DNA from: Micavibrio sp.
GTDB taxonomy: Bacteria > Pseudomonadota > Alphaproteobacteria > Micavibrionales > Micavibrionaceae
DNA: 64,000 nt
Direction of reading: 5' to 3'
NCBI GenBank assembly: GCA_030824805.1
Contig: JAPJRC010000004.1
Span: forward strand, 10,355 to 74,354
Shown: positions 39,261 to 48,284 of the stretch, piece by piece
How the letters are laid out: each line of letters opens with the position of its first letter
Position numbering within the stretch: position 1 is the stretch's first letter
The notes under the pieces: model-generated
Database searches by the model: none
Seen by the model: only the letters and a program-made list of their open reading frames with translations
Told to the model about the DNA's origin: nothing
Translations under genes and position numbers: made by a program

Positions 39261-41216
39261 TTAAGCCCTCAGGTACGTGCCATTGCGGCTATATTTATTC
39301 ATGACAGCTTCGACCGCTCGTGGACCTATTTCACCATCTATCCGCTCCACAACCGAACCAAGGGCGCGTAATTGCGCGGATAAGCGCTCCACAGCGCCTT
39401 GATCCGCATTCGTGGCATCAATGAAATATTGCGAAGCTGCACTGCGTTTTGGTGTGTCGCCCTTGAGTGTTACGGGTATTGTTCTGCCGTCTGGCAATGG
39501 AACCGCGGCTTCGTTCAGTGGACCTTCACCGAAAATGGCGGGTCGATCGGATATGCCGCCTTTTGAAAAAAGCTTGAATCCGTCAAACAGACCGCCGCTT
39601 GCGCTTGGTTTGTTGGGAGGGGGCAGAGGCAACCCGTTCCCTGCACGTTGCAGTCCACCACCACCGCCTCCAATGCCACCAAGAAGATTGAACAATCCAC
39701 CGGCTATCAGGCCGCCTAGACCGCTACCCTTGCCTGTGCCGGCATCCAGCTCTACAAAGGCAGCCGCAATCTCCGCAAGAGTATCGAGCGCATAATCGCC
39801 CAGATCTTCAAACGCCGCGCGGCCTCCTCGTACGGCATCTGCAAGCATCTTTGCACGGTCGGCACTTTCTTCCTGCGCATCCCGCATTTCATGATACTGG
39901 TAAACCAGGCGCGCTATTTCCTCGCCTTCCCGGGAGAAAATGTCTACGCCTGCTTCGCGCAGACGATTATTGACCTCTTGCGTAGCCTCCGAAAGGTTCA
40001 TTTCTTCGTTACGGATGCGAAGCTGATCGATGACCTTACGTATCGCCTCCGCTTCGTCGTGCGCCTGCTTGATAACCTTTTCGCGCTCTTTGTCCCCACG
40101 AAGGATAATCTCTTCAGGTTTCGAAGCCGGCACCGGCACAGGCGGGCTTGAAATGCCACCCTCCGCCGATGGATCCCATTTTGGGCTCCACCCATAGTGC
40201 GTGGAGGAAAGGTCACCCATCTGCTCACGGATGCGCTGATCATACGCAGCCGCACCCGCAACCGTTGGCAAGGCCTTGCCCTCAGCATCCATCGCAGGGG
40301 GAACAATACTATAATCGCGCTTTGCGGCCTCGTGTAGCTTGTCAAGCTCACCCACCAGAATTGATGCGCCAGTCGCGGCATCTGCAAAAAGCTGTATCGC
40401 TTCTGCAAGCGGTCCCGTGATGAGGTCGCTATCGCCCAGAGTCGCGGAAAGTTCTTTCCATGCGTTGTTTAGGTCTGACAATGCGGCAACGATGCCGCCA
40501 TCCAGTTCCTGTGCAGCGCCCTCGAAATCTTTCGTGGCCTTGGCCACCCATTCCGCCAGCTGCTTGCCAGAGACTTCACCGTCCTTGACCATCTGTTTAA
40601 GTTCGGCACCTGTAACTCCCGCCGCTCTTCCCACATTTTCGATGAAACCCGGCAGAGGCTCCATGATCTGGTTGAATTCGGCCGTCTCCACACGAACTTG
40701 CGAGAACGCCTGTCCCATCCCGTACAGAACCTGACCGATTTGAGCATCGGCTGCGCCAAATACCGCTTTGGCATTGGCAAGCCCAACCAATATTTGGTCG
40801 GTTATGTCTTGGTTTATTATTCCGCCCTTCTGAAGCGCCAGCAATCGCCCATAACCATCGCTGAGAGCGAAGATATCGATATTGAGCTCGCGCGCCTTTG
40901 TGCGCAGGAACTCTTGCGCCGCCGCCAACTCCTCGGTACTTCCGGTCAAAAATTTTAGACGTGCCTCCAAACGCTCGAACTGCTGCATGTTAGAAAACGT
41001 ACTGGAGGCTGCCTGATAGGCGCCAATCGCCGGAACCAATTGGGTAAGCATCGTTCGGGCAAGCAGTCCGATTTTCTGATTTGCCTTTAAAGCACCATCG
41101 CCCACGCGATTCATCGACCGCTCCCCGGTTACGCCAAGCTGCTCGATTGTTGCAGTGACGGTTTTTCCGCCCTCTGCCTCGAGGCGGATGATGTAACTAT
41201 GCCGTGTTTGGCTCAT
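39261..41216 (-). CDS. tail tape measure protein
   Basis: 651 aa, helical, Gly-rich segment (GGLFNLLGGIGGGGGG), lambda gpH-family position after the G/GT pair. Confidence 0.85.
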   Translation of the reverse strand: MSQTRHSYIIRLEAEGGKTVTATIEQLGVTGERSMNRVGDGALKANQKIGLLARTMLTQLVPAIGAYQAASSTFSNMQQFERLEARLKFLTGSTEELAAAQEFLRTKARELNIDIFALSDGYGRLLALQKGGIINQDITDQILVGLANAKAVFGAADAQIGQVLYGMGQAFSQVRVETAEFNQIMEPLPGFIENVGRAAGVTGAELKQMVKDGEVSGKQLAEWVAKATKDFEGAAQELDGGIVAALSDLNNAWKELSATLGDSDLITGPLAEAIQLFADAATGASILVGELDKLHEAAKRDYSIVPPAMDAEGKALPTVAGAAAYDQRIREQMGDLSSTHYGWSPKWDPSAEGGISSPPVPVPASKPEEIILRGDKEREKVIKQAHDEAEAIRKVIDQLRIRNEEMNLSEATQEVNNRLREAGVDIFSREGEEIARLVYQYHEMRDAQEESADRAKMLADAVRGGRAAFEDLGDYALDTLAEIAAAFVELDAGTGKGSGLGGLIAGGLFNLLGGIGGGGGGLQRAGNGLPLPPPNKPSASGGLFDGFKLFSKGGISDRPAIFGEGPLNEAAVPLPDGRTIPVTLKGDTPKRSAASQYFIDATNADQGAVERLSAQLRALGSVVERIDGEIGPRAVEAVMNKYSRNGTYLRA

Positions 41217-41601
41217 CTTGACCGCCGCGCTGGCTGAGGATTGAGGATATTTCTGACGAAGCCGTCAGGAGGAAATCGAGAACGATCGGGCAATCCTGCC
41301 CATGGTATTTAAGAATTCCGACTAGGGCGGCAGCATCGAGTCCGATGAAAGATCCAGCACTGGTAATGCGGCCCTGCCCCGTGGATTTAAGAAGAATGTC
41401 CCAGGCCACCGCCTCTTGCTTGGTTTTCGGGCGATGCTCTATGTCTGGGCAGAAACTTCCGCCGGGTCCGCGGCGGCCGCTGGCGCAAGCGAGGCCTTCG
41501 AGTTTGCATCCGGCGCAATAGTCGGGACCGCAGTCTGAGGTAAAATGCCATCTGACGCGGTCCCGGAATCTTTTTTTGCGCTGAGATACTTTGACTGCCA
41601 T
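41197..41601 (-). CDS. tail assembly chaperone -1 frameshift extension (gpT-like; DUF1799-like Cys-rich segment)
   Basis: Overlaps the 3-prime end of the chaperone gene in the -1 frame; the overlap contains the slippery heptamer A AAA AAA G. Confidence 0.6.
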   Translation of the reverse strand: MAVKVSQRKKRFRDRVRWHFTSDCGPDYCAGCKLEGLACASGRRGPGGSFCPDIEHRPKTKQEAVAWDILLKSTGQGRITSAGSFIGLDAAALVGILKYHGQDCPIVLDFLLTASSEISSILSQRGGQDEPNTA

Positions 41602-41993
41602 CTCATAAGTCGGTCGTAAAACGGTATGCTGATAAAAGGATTCTTTAAAACCGCTTCAATGGCATCACGCGTTGGCTCGACTGGACAGTCGCTGTTATTA
41701 AGAATACCCGACCACGAAACAATATGCTCACAACCCAATTCGATGATCAGAAATTCTTTTAGAATTCCTTCACGGACTATGGGATTTTCCAAGTCAGGGA
41801 GATTGCGATCATCGAAGAGACCCGCCTCCTTACATTGGTCGACGCTCTCTTCAAGTCCGGTTAAACGTTGCTTGGCAGCCGCTTGAGCAATACTGTAAGA
41901 ACGTAAATCCATCGATCGCACAATAAATACGATGCCGTCGAGGATTGGAATTTCGAGCGGTTCTCCTGTAACCGCAATATCATCTAGCCTCAT
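41439..41993 (-). CDS. tail assembly chaperone (gpG-like)
   Basis: Acidic 184-aa protein between the major tail and tape measure genes. Confidence 0.65.
   Translation of the reverse strand: MRLDDIAVTGEPLEIPILDGIVFIVRSMDLRSYSIAQAAAKQRLTGLEESVDQCKEAGLFDDRNLPDLENPIVREGILKEFLIIELGCEHIVSWSGILNNSDCPVEPTRDAIEAVLKNPFISIPFYDRLMRWQSKYLSAKKDSGTASDGILPQTAVPTIAPDANSKASLAPAAAADPAEVSAQT
41571..41577 (-). other. programmed -1 ribosomal frameshift slippery site (A AAA AAA G)
   Basis: The zero frame reads GCA AAA AAA GAT (..SAKKD.. of the chaperone); the -1 frame continues KKRFRDRVRWHF, which is the downstream ORF. Confidence 0.6.
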
Positions 41994-43258
41994 GCGTACT
42001 GCGTGCCGTCAAGATCGTTGATCAATTCGATGGTAGCAAGCCTGCCAACCGTGGCGTCGCGCGATGCCTGGTAATTGATCGTGGCGGAAATACCGCCAGG
42101 GCCCGAAATAGGATCTTTCGGTATTGACATTGTAATGCGGTGAAGCTTTATCCGCAGAACCTGTGCCGGCGTAAGCTTATATCCAAGCTCAAGATCCGTC
42201 TTTGTCTCAGCCTCGGCTTTTGCAAGCAAGCCTTCGTTTGAAAGACGGATTTGAGCAGTCCCAGTAATGGACGTGATGCCTTCATCCGCACCCTGAATAC
42301 GGTCATCATCGCGGATAACCTGGATAGCTTCAAGATTGTTTGTGTGCTGTAAACTTGCAGAGGTAAGGTTTCCGACAAAAACGCCTGCCTCTTTAACATA
42401 GCCTTTAAACTGGCTGATACGTTCGAAGGTAAGCTCTTGCGGGACCCCGCCCTGAGAAGCTGATGTAATCGCCTGCTGCCCCCGGGCAATCGTTCCTATC
42501 ACTGCTTGTGCAGCGCCCGATCTTTGGAAATCCAATGCCAAGGAGTTGAATTTTACACTGTCGAACATGCGGTACCGGTTTATCTCTGGATTGCAGCGTT
42601 CAATATCTGCACAAGGAAGATCGTTTACCCCCGTTACGAATGTGTGCTTATTTCCACCACCAATCAGAGTTTTGTCACTGGGCCTTGCGTGGCTTGCAGC
42701 CAATGTGAATGCATTTCCTGCGGTGCCGCCGGTGTCATGGATGACCTGCAAAGCGCTTCCAACTCTGCTGTAGGTGGCGGCTGACACGCTGACGTTCGCG
42801 GAGGCATTCAATGCCGTCACAACATTGTCGATTGTTGCAGCAACGTTGGCACCGATTTGTATGTTTTGTCCCGTGCTGGCGCCAGCAATGAAGGTAAATG
42901 CAACACCGTTGATTGTAATTGTCTGTGTCGCAACCGGATTTGATAGAAACACGATTTGACCATCTGCTTTGTTGTTCACGGTGGTGGTAGGGGCACCGAA
43001 AAGGCCTTTAAGCCATAAGCCAAAATAGCGCGTATCGACTGGAACGGCGATATCGCCGGAAACATTGAGGACATCAAGTAGAGGATCCGCAGGATCACGG
43101 CCGAATCCCAACACGGGATCATCCACAAGGCTGCGCTCTCCGCCGAGCTCGTTCCTGGTGAAAGGCATTTTCATGAAATTGCCCGTTGCCGGAGACTCAT
43201 AATCGCTTTTGAACTTAAGCAGAGTTAGCGCGCGCGCGCCAGATGCACGAGTGGCCAT
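41990..43258 (-). CDS. major tail (tube) protein
   Basis: 422 aa, at the lambda V position, Thr/Ala/Gly-rich Ig-like C-terminal region. Confidence 0.7.
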   Translation of the reverse strand: MATRASGARALTLLKFKSDYESPATGNFMKMPFTRNELGGERSLVDDPVLGFGRDPADPLLDVLNVSGDIAVPVDTRYFGLWLKGLFGAPTTTVNNKADGQIVFLSNPVATQTITINGVAFTFIAGASTGQNIQIGANVAATIDNVVTALNASANVSVSAATYSRVGSALQVIHDTGGTAGNAFTLAASHARPSDKTLIGGGNKHTFVTGVNDLPCADIERCNPEINRYRMFDSVKFNSLALDFQRSGAAQAVIGTIARGQQAITSASQGGVPQELTFERISQFKGYVKEAGVFVGNLTSASLQHTNNLEAIQVIRDDDRIQGADEGITSITGTAQIRLSNEGLLAKAEAETKTDLELGYKLTPAQVLRIKLHRITMSIPKDPISGPGGISATINYQASRDATVGRLATIELINDLDGTQYA

Positions 43259-43284
43259 GGAATATCCTTTCTAAATGTTGAAAA

Positions 43285-43731
43285 TCAAACGATTGGAGAG
43301 GCTGTGTCGTACTCAGCCACCAAAGAGATAACGGCCGACTTTATGTCGTGACCGCCGGCAATGCGGTCTGTTATCGGCGCGGGTTGCCCGTATGTTATAC
43401 CTTGTATAATTCCGCCAAGGGTTTCATCCTCTGCTAGTGCAATACCGATTGCTTTTACGAGAACCGCATAACGCTCATCGCGTACACTGGCCTTCCCGTG
43501 CTTTACAAACACCTCGATATCGATCTGATGCTCGTAATAACAGCTTTGGAACCCACCAAGCACTTGCTCCGGATCACCCGGATCGCCATCACGAATTACA
43601 ATGCAACCCCTGTCAGGTATTTCGTCGTCTGCCGGATCTTCGTTACGGAGAACGAGGACTTCAGTATCTGTAGCCGCATCAAGACGTTGGCGGAGCACGC
43701 TTAAAACGGTTTCTGCATCCGTTGGCATCAC
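43285..43731 (-). CDS. tail terminator / completion protein (DUF3168, gpU-like)
   Basis: 148 aa directly upstream of the major tail gene. Confidence 0.55.
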   Translation of the reverse strand: MMPTDAETVLSVLRQRLDAATDTEVLVLRNEDPADDEIPDRGCIVIRDGDPGDPEQVLGGFQSCYYEHQIDIEVFVKHGKASVRDERYAVLVKAIGIALAEDETLGGIIQGITYGQPAPITDRIAGGHDIKSAVISLVAEYDTASPIV

Positions 43732-44426
43732 ATTCTTCTCTCAATATATGATGGAACCATGCTTCCCCAGAGTTTTGCCTCTTTGGAAATATCCAGCCTC
43801 TTTTTTATGGAGACCTGCGGTATCAAAACAAACATCGGAACATCGGCACGGCCGGCGAGCATGGTGCGCTCACCCATTGTCTTGGTCGCGCTTCGTGTTT
43901 TAAGCTTTTGAATGGTTCCACCACCCTTTGAACGGTTCAAATTGTTACCGCCTGAGAGGCGTACGCCGCGGGCCACCAAGAGCGGATGTTTACCGGGACG
44001 TTTAATCATTACCAACTCAATACCCATCCATTCTTCCAAAAGGCGAGGCGTAATCCGGTATTTACTTTTGCCAGCACCTATCAGCTTCTGAGCCTGGGGC
44101 AAGGGTACAGCGAGGAATCGGCCGGAGCTTGATTTAATAATGGCCCCTTTTTCGTATCCGTCGATAATGTGTGGGGCCTTAGAAATGACAGAGGCCGCGG
44201 CATCAAGACTTTCACCGGACTTAGGGTAAACATAGTGAGATGGCGGCCCCTGCCATGTGTTCGCGAGTCTTTGGCCAAGGCCAGCACGCCTGGTTTCTTC
44301 ACGAAGATTGTTCTTCAGTGCTGTCGCAGCCTCAACAATGCCTCCCTTGGTCGCCTTAGCCAATCTGGCTTTAAACTTTTTGGCGTCACCGACTGGATCG
44401 CCCATAAGCTTGGCGCTAAGCTTCAT
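43728..44426 (-). CDS. phage virion structural protein (tail completion, HK97 gp10-like)
   Basis: 232-aa basic protein within the head-tail joining block. Confidence 0.45.
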   Translation of the reverse strand: MKLSAKLMGDPVGDAKKFKARLAKATKGGIVEAATALKNNLREETRRAGLGQRLANTWQGPPSHYVYPKSGESLDAAASVISKAPHIIDGYEKGAIIKSSSGRFLAVPLPQAQKLIGAGKSKYRITPRLLEEWMGIELVMIKRPGKHPLLVARGVRLSGGNNLNRSKGGGTIQKLKTRSATKTMGERTMLAGRADVPMFVLIPQVSIKKRLDISKEAKLWGSMVPSYIERRM

Positions 44427-44747
44427 TCAATCTGCAGGATAACACTCAACGCGCCATACGCGTCGGTTATCATCAGGAACGATGCAACGCTTCACAACCC
44501 AATCACCCTTAAAAGTGATTTTATCGTCCTTTTCTGGCTTCGGATGCATTGCTGTCGCGATTACGATTTCGAAGATTGCCGTTTCCGACTTAAACATTGC
44601 CCCGCGGACGGTGGTCAACTCATCAGGAAGCTTTTCTAGAAACGGAATATCAGTCCAACTTTGTGCCCCTGAGGCAAGCGCAAAAACGCCCCTGTCACCC
44701 CATACCGCTGTGACGTCCGCAAGCATGGCGTCGACATCGTCCAACAT
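44427..44747 (-). CDS. head-tail connector protein (gpFII-like)
   Basis: 106 aa, position after the capsid genes. Confidence 0.45.
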   Translation of the reverse strand: MLDDVDAMLADVTAVWGDRGVFALASGAQSWTDIPFLEKLPDELTTVRGAMFKSETAIFEIVIATAMHPKPEKDDKITFKGDWVVKRCIVPDDNRRVWRVECYPAD

Positions 44748-45097
44748 TATTCTGAATCTTTTGCTGGAATCAAATCTACATGCGAGTTGGTAGCACCGCC
44801 GCGTATAATCGAGATTTTATCATTGCGTGCTTTTACCAGAGGGAACATTACACCCTTAGCGACTGGTATGCTGCCGGCACCCAAGGTTGCTTCGGGGTCC
44901 GCTCCGTATGCCACACGAATATCTGATTGCGTTGGGCATACGAACACCAGGTCAGATTCGATATCAATTAGCGTATCTGCGCTTGTATCACTCGCAGTAG
45001 TTTGAACAGATCTCGCAAGATCGAGCATAACCGCTTGCAGTTGCGTACCGTCAAAGGATCTAGGCGTTATTTTACCTGTCATTTTTGTCTCCAGCAA
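44747..45097 (-). CDS. head completion / DNA-packaging accessory protein (gpFI-like)
   Basis: 116 aa directly downstream of the major capsid gene. Confidence 0.45.
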   Translation of the reverse strand: MLETKMTGKITPRSFDGTQLQAVMLDLARSVQTTASDTSADTLIDIESDLVFVCPTQSDIRVAYGADPEATLGAGSIPVAKGVMFPLVKARNDKISIIRGGATNSHVDLIPAKDSE

Positions 45098-45141
45098 AAA
45101 AAAGGGCGCCGAATGGCGCCCTTTTGTTCTGTTTAGGCTGC

Positions 45142-46239
45142 TTATTTCACTTTTACGTACATTGTTGCGTTTGGACGTCCGGGAACGGGAAGCGGCGCGG
45201 ATTGGGTCATAACCTGCTCAACTGGAGGATCGTTCTCAACCCAATGTGTTGGCGCATATTCTGCCTCTTGCAAAACTGAACCGTCCATAATCGCCCCAAA
45301 GGCACGCTTACCGGCAAGGGCGCCCGTTGCACCGAGAATTACGCCCGTGCTGTCGATCATCTTTTGAGGTTGCCCTGCTGCATCGGAATACACTTCGTTG
45401 TACGTGAAGTACTCCACATCACCGATCGTACCCTTGTACACCGGAGCACCAGGTGCGCCAGGCTTGATGCCGAGATCAAGCGTCGCGGTCTGGCCTTTTT
45501 GACGATCCAGAGCCTTTTCTGTCAATGGATCCGCGATAAACAGTCGCCAGGCATCCTTGCCCATGACAGCAACGTTTACAGCCGCGCCACTCTTTTCTCC
45601 GACAAGGTCAAACCATGCATCCAGGTTGCTGTAAGGGCTGATACCGTTATCGCCCCATTTGGAGCCGTTGGCGAGGATCTTGGTCAAAGCTGCATCCCGC
45701 CCGAAGTCCACTTGCGTTTCCGGATAGTCCTCACCGGTGACAATAATTTTTCCGGTTTTTAGTAGCTCTGCGACCATCCATTCTATGCGTCGATCGATCT
45801 GCTCTCGTTGATCAATGAGAATTTGGTTCACAGCCAAGTCACGACGCTGAGCTGGAGAGAGAGAACCCAGAGGCGGTTCCCCAGGCTGGCGTGCGATCGG
45901 CACATACGGGTCAACTTGTGTTTTCGGCTTCACGTATGCCGGCGTGAACATCTTGGTACTATAACCCCGCTGTTTTTTTGCTTTACCCGCAACAAATGGG
46001 GAAACAAACGGAGCCAATGCAAGGTTGTCTGACAGAACGTCAAACATAATCTCTTTGGTTGAGAATGTAACTACCTGTGGGAAGAATGTATCCATGAGGA
46101 AGCGGGGAACTCGGTGGAGCGATTGAAGAGTTTCAATCAACGTTGCTGTGTCGTGTGTTTGAGCCATAAGGGCATCTCCTGTATTTGCGTTGATATTGTT
46201 AAAAGCGGAAAAAGAAACAGCGCCCTGAGGCGCTGTCAT
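45142..46239 (-). CDS. major capsid protein, lambda gpE family
   Basis: Matches lambda E blocks (FTPAYVKPKTQVDP vs FTPGYVKPKHEVNP; VMTQSAPLPV vs TMIQSAPLML); the true start may be MAQTHD at 46167. Confidence 0.9.
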   Translation of the reverse strand: MTAPQGAVSFSAFNNINANTGDALMAQTHDTATLIETLQSLHRVPRFLMDTFFPQVVTFSTKEIMFDVLSDNLALAPFVSPFVAGKAKKQRGYSTKMFTPAYVKPKTQVDPYVPIARQPGEPPLGSLSPAQRRDLAVNQILIDQREQIDRRIEWMVAELLKTGKIIVTGEDYPETQVDFGRDAALTKILANGSKWGDNGISPYSNLDAWFDLVGEKSGAAVNVAVMGKDAWRLFIADPLTEKALDRQKGQTATLDLGIKPGAPGAPVYKGTIGDVEYFTYNEVYSDAAGQPQKMIDSTGVILGATGALAGKRAFGAIMDGSVLQEAEYAPTHWVENDPPVEQVMTQSAPLPVPGRPNATMYVKVK

Positions 46240-46263
46240 AACAAAATTTAAAAGACCTATGCC

Positions 46264-46914
46264 CTAGCGGGTGTAAATTCCCGCATCACGCAGTACCGCC
46301 TTCGTACTCGCAGCGGTATGGCCGGCACCGAACGTCAATGCTTCGGCATTAAATTCACCGCCGATATATGCCATCGCCTCGGTATCGGTGATGGCGGCAG
46401 GGCTGTCTTCAACCAAGATTGCCGAAGGTATTTGTGAGCCATCTGTGGCCGCTGCCGTGGACACTTTGAATTTGCCGGATCCGGCCGCGACGGTGATGTC
46501 GAAACCGTCGCCCACAACGAAGTCTGCAGAGCCATCGGCGATCGCAAATTTAACATCGTCTGAGAACGTCGCCCCCACTGCCGCCTCACCTATGACATTA
46601 CCATCCGGGTCTTCCACTCGATATGTACCGGAGTTAGCTGCAGCCGCGACAAAACGGACTGTGTACACACCGACTTTGGCGCCGGCGAGAACTGGTGTTA
46701 CGGCATCAAGCGTGAGAACACCATTGCCAGTGTTCCCGCCCGCTTTTGCGGCCACAGTGGCGCCGCCGGTTAAAATTTCCCCAAGGACGGTACCAGCCAA
46801 AAGATCGGCTGTTCCTGCCAAAAGGATCACTTTTTTGGATCGAACAGCGTTCCCGTTGGCCAGCAGGCCACCTGGTGTGTAACTTTCGCTGCTTGCACTT
46901 GCGACATGTCTCAT
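46264..46914 (-). CDS. head decoration protein (gpD-like)
   Basis: 216-aa Ala/Gly/Thr-rich protein between the protease and capsid genes. Confidence 0.7.
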   Translation of the reverse strand: MRHVASASSESYTPGGLLANGNAVRSKKVILLAGTADLLAGTVLGEILTGGATVAAKAGGNTGNGVLTLDAVTPVLAGAKVGVYTVRFVAAAANSGTYRVEDPDGNVIGEAAVGATFSDDVKFAIADGSADFVVGDGFDITVAAGSGKFKVSTAAATDGSQIPSAILVEDSPAAITDTEAMAYIGGEFNAEALTFGAGHTAASTKAVLRDAGIYTR

Positions 46915-47000
46915 ATTTTATTCTCCGTTTTTGTTTGAAAGAAATATTTGTACAGAAATACGTTGTGTAGTCTTACAGGAGGGATCCTGTAACGATAATG

Positions 47001-48284
47001 TTAGGCCGTCTTCTTGATCGTCGACGGACGGAATGCTTGCTGTGCGGCCAGCAATGGGTTTTTCTGCTGCCCGCCTTCTGAAGATGGTTTAAGGGCCGGC
47101 TGATGATGTGAACGCATTGTGTTAGCAAACGTTTTATCTTCTTCAGCCGCCGCGGCAGGTGCCTTTTCAAGCAGCTTAACGGCCGCTTCGGGCAACATAT
47201 CTGAGTTGAAAGCCAGTTCTTGCGCAAGCTCCTCACGCCCCTTTGCGGAAGCATGGCTCAGAATGGCAGAAATTCTGGCCCGCTCAACTTGTGCCGCAGC
47301 TTTATCTTTGTCGCCTTCGGTTTCTTCACCTTCACCTTCATCGCCTTCGGTTTCTTCACCTTCACCTTCATCGCCTTCGGTTTCTTCACCTTCTTTGGCG
47401 GCGGCAGGGGAATTTTTCTTACCGCCTTTGTCATTTTGTGCCTTTGGGTTTTTGGCGTCCGGTTTTACTTTAGTTTTCATGGCAAGCTCCTGTGTTGTCG
47501 TAGTTTCGTTGGAATTAAAGGTTTCGATAAGCTGTGAAAGGTAGCCTATATCATCGGCAAGCCCGATATCGACGCCCAATGCGCCGCGGTAGGTGCTGGC
47601 TTCCGTAGCTTTAATGGATTCTCTGTCTACGCCGCGGTTTTCAGCAACGGCGTCCACGAACATATCCCGTAAGTAATCCATATCGGCTTGATAACGGGCC
47701 TGCGCTTCTTCGGTTAACGCTTTGTATGGGGATCCGTCTGCTTTATGTGCGCCGGAATGGATGTGCGTAACACTGACACCCCACGCTTCCATCATTTTTG
47801 AATAATCGAAGTGGCTCATAATCACGCCAATGGATCCAACTTCTCCCGCTGGCTCAACCACAATGCGTGACGTTGCAGACGCCAACCAATAAGCTGCGCT
47901 GTCCGCCATGGCACAATGGGAGACAATTGTGACGGTCTCACCGAGAGCCTGAAGCTTTTCTGCCGTTTCTGCGCATCCCATGACAGTGCCGCCGGGCGAA
48001 TTAAACGCAAGAACAACTGTTTCCACGCCGTGCTCTTCCCGGACGTGTTCAATGGTGGCCAGAATGCTTTCATATGTGATGTTGGCAAACCAATACCATC
48101 CACTGATGCGCGCGGTAGAGATGCAACCATTGACAGGAATGACCGCAACCGAGCCATCAAGTTGGTACCGAAGAGCGTGATGCCCAAAATTTTCTGTCGA
48201 AACAAGAGCCGCCAGCTCTTCTTCAGACATTTTGTTGGGGCGTTGAAGATCTACACGCAGGTGATTTAGATAATAATCATGCAT
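47001..48284 (-). CDS. head maturation protease / scaffold (S49 ClpP-like, lambda gpC/Nu3-like) with acidic repeat
   Basis: S49 motif FNSPGGTVMG and SHCAMADSAAY; an internal (EGEGEETEGD)x3 repeat and a helical C-terminus. Confidence 0.85.
   Translation of the reverse strand: MHDYYLNHLRVDLQRPNKMSEEELAALVSTENFGHHALRYQLDGSVAVIPVNGCISTARISGWYWFANITYESILATIEHVREEHGVETVVLAFNSPGGTVMGCAETAEKLQALGETVTIVSHCAMADSAAYWLASATSRIVVEPAGEVGSIGVIMSHFDYSKMMEAWGVSVTHIHSGAHKADGSPYKALTEEAQARYQADMDYLRDMFVDAVAENRGVDRESIKATEASTYRGALGVDIGLADDIGYLSQLIETFNSNETTTTQELAMKTKVKPDAKNPKAQNDKGGKKNSPAAAKEGEETEGDEGEGEETEGDEGEGEETEGDKDKAAAQVERARISAILSHASAKGREELAQELAFNSDMLPEAAVKLLEKAPAAAAEEDKTFANTMRSHHQPALKPSSEGGQQKNPLLAAQQAFRPSTIKKTA
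47311..47393. repeat. 30-bp tandem repeat, 2.8 copies, inside the protease/scaffold gene
   Basis: tcgccttcggtttcttcaccttcaccttca repeated perfectly at 47311, 47341 and a partial copy at 47371. Confidence 0.95.
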
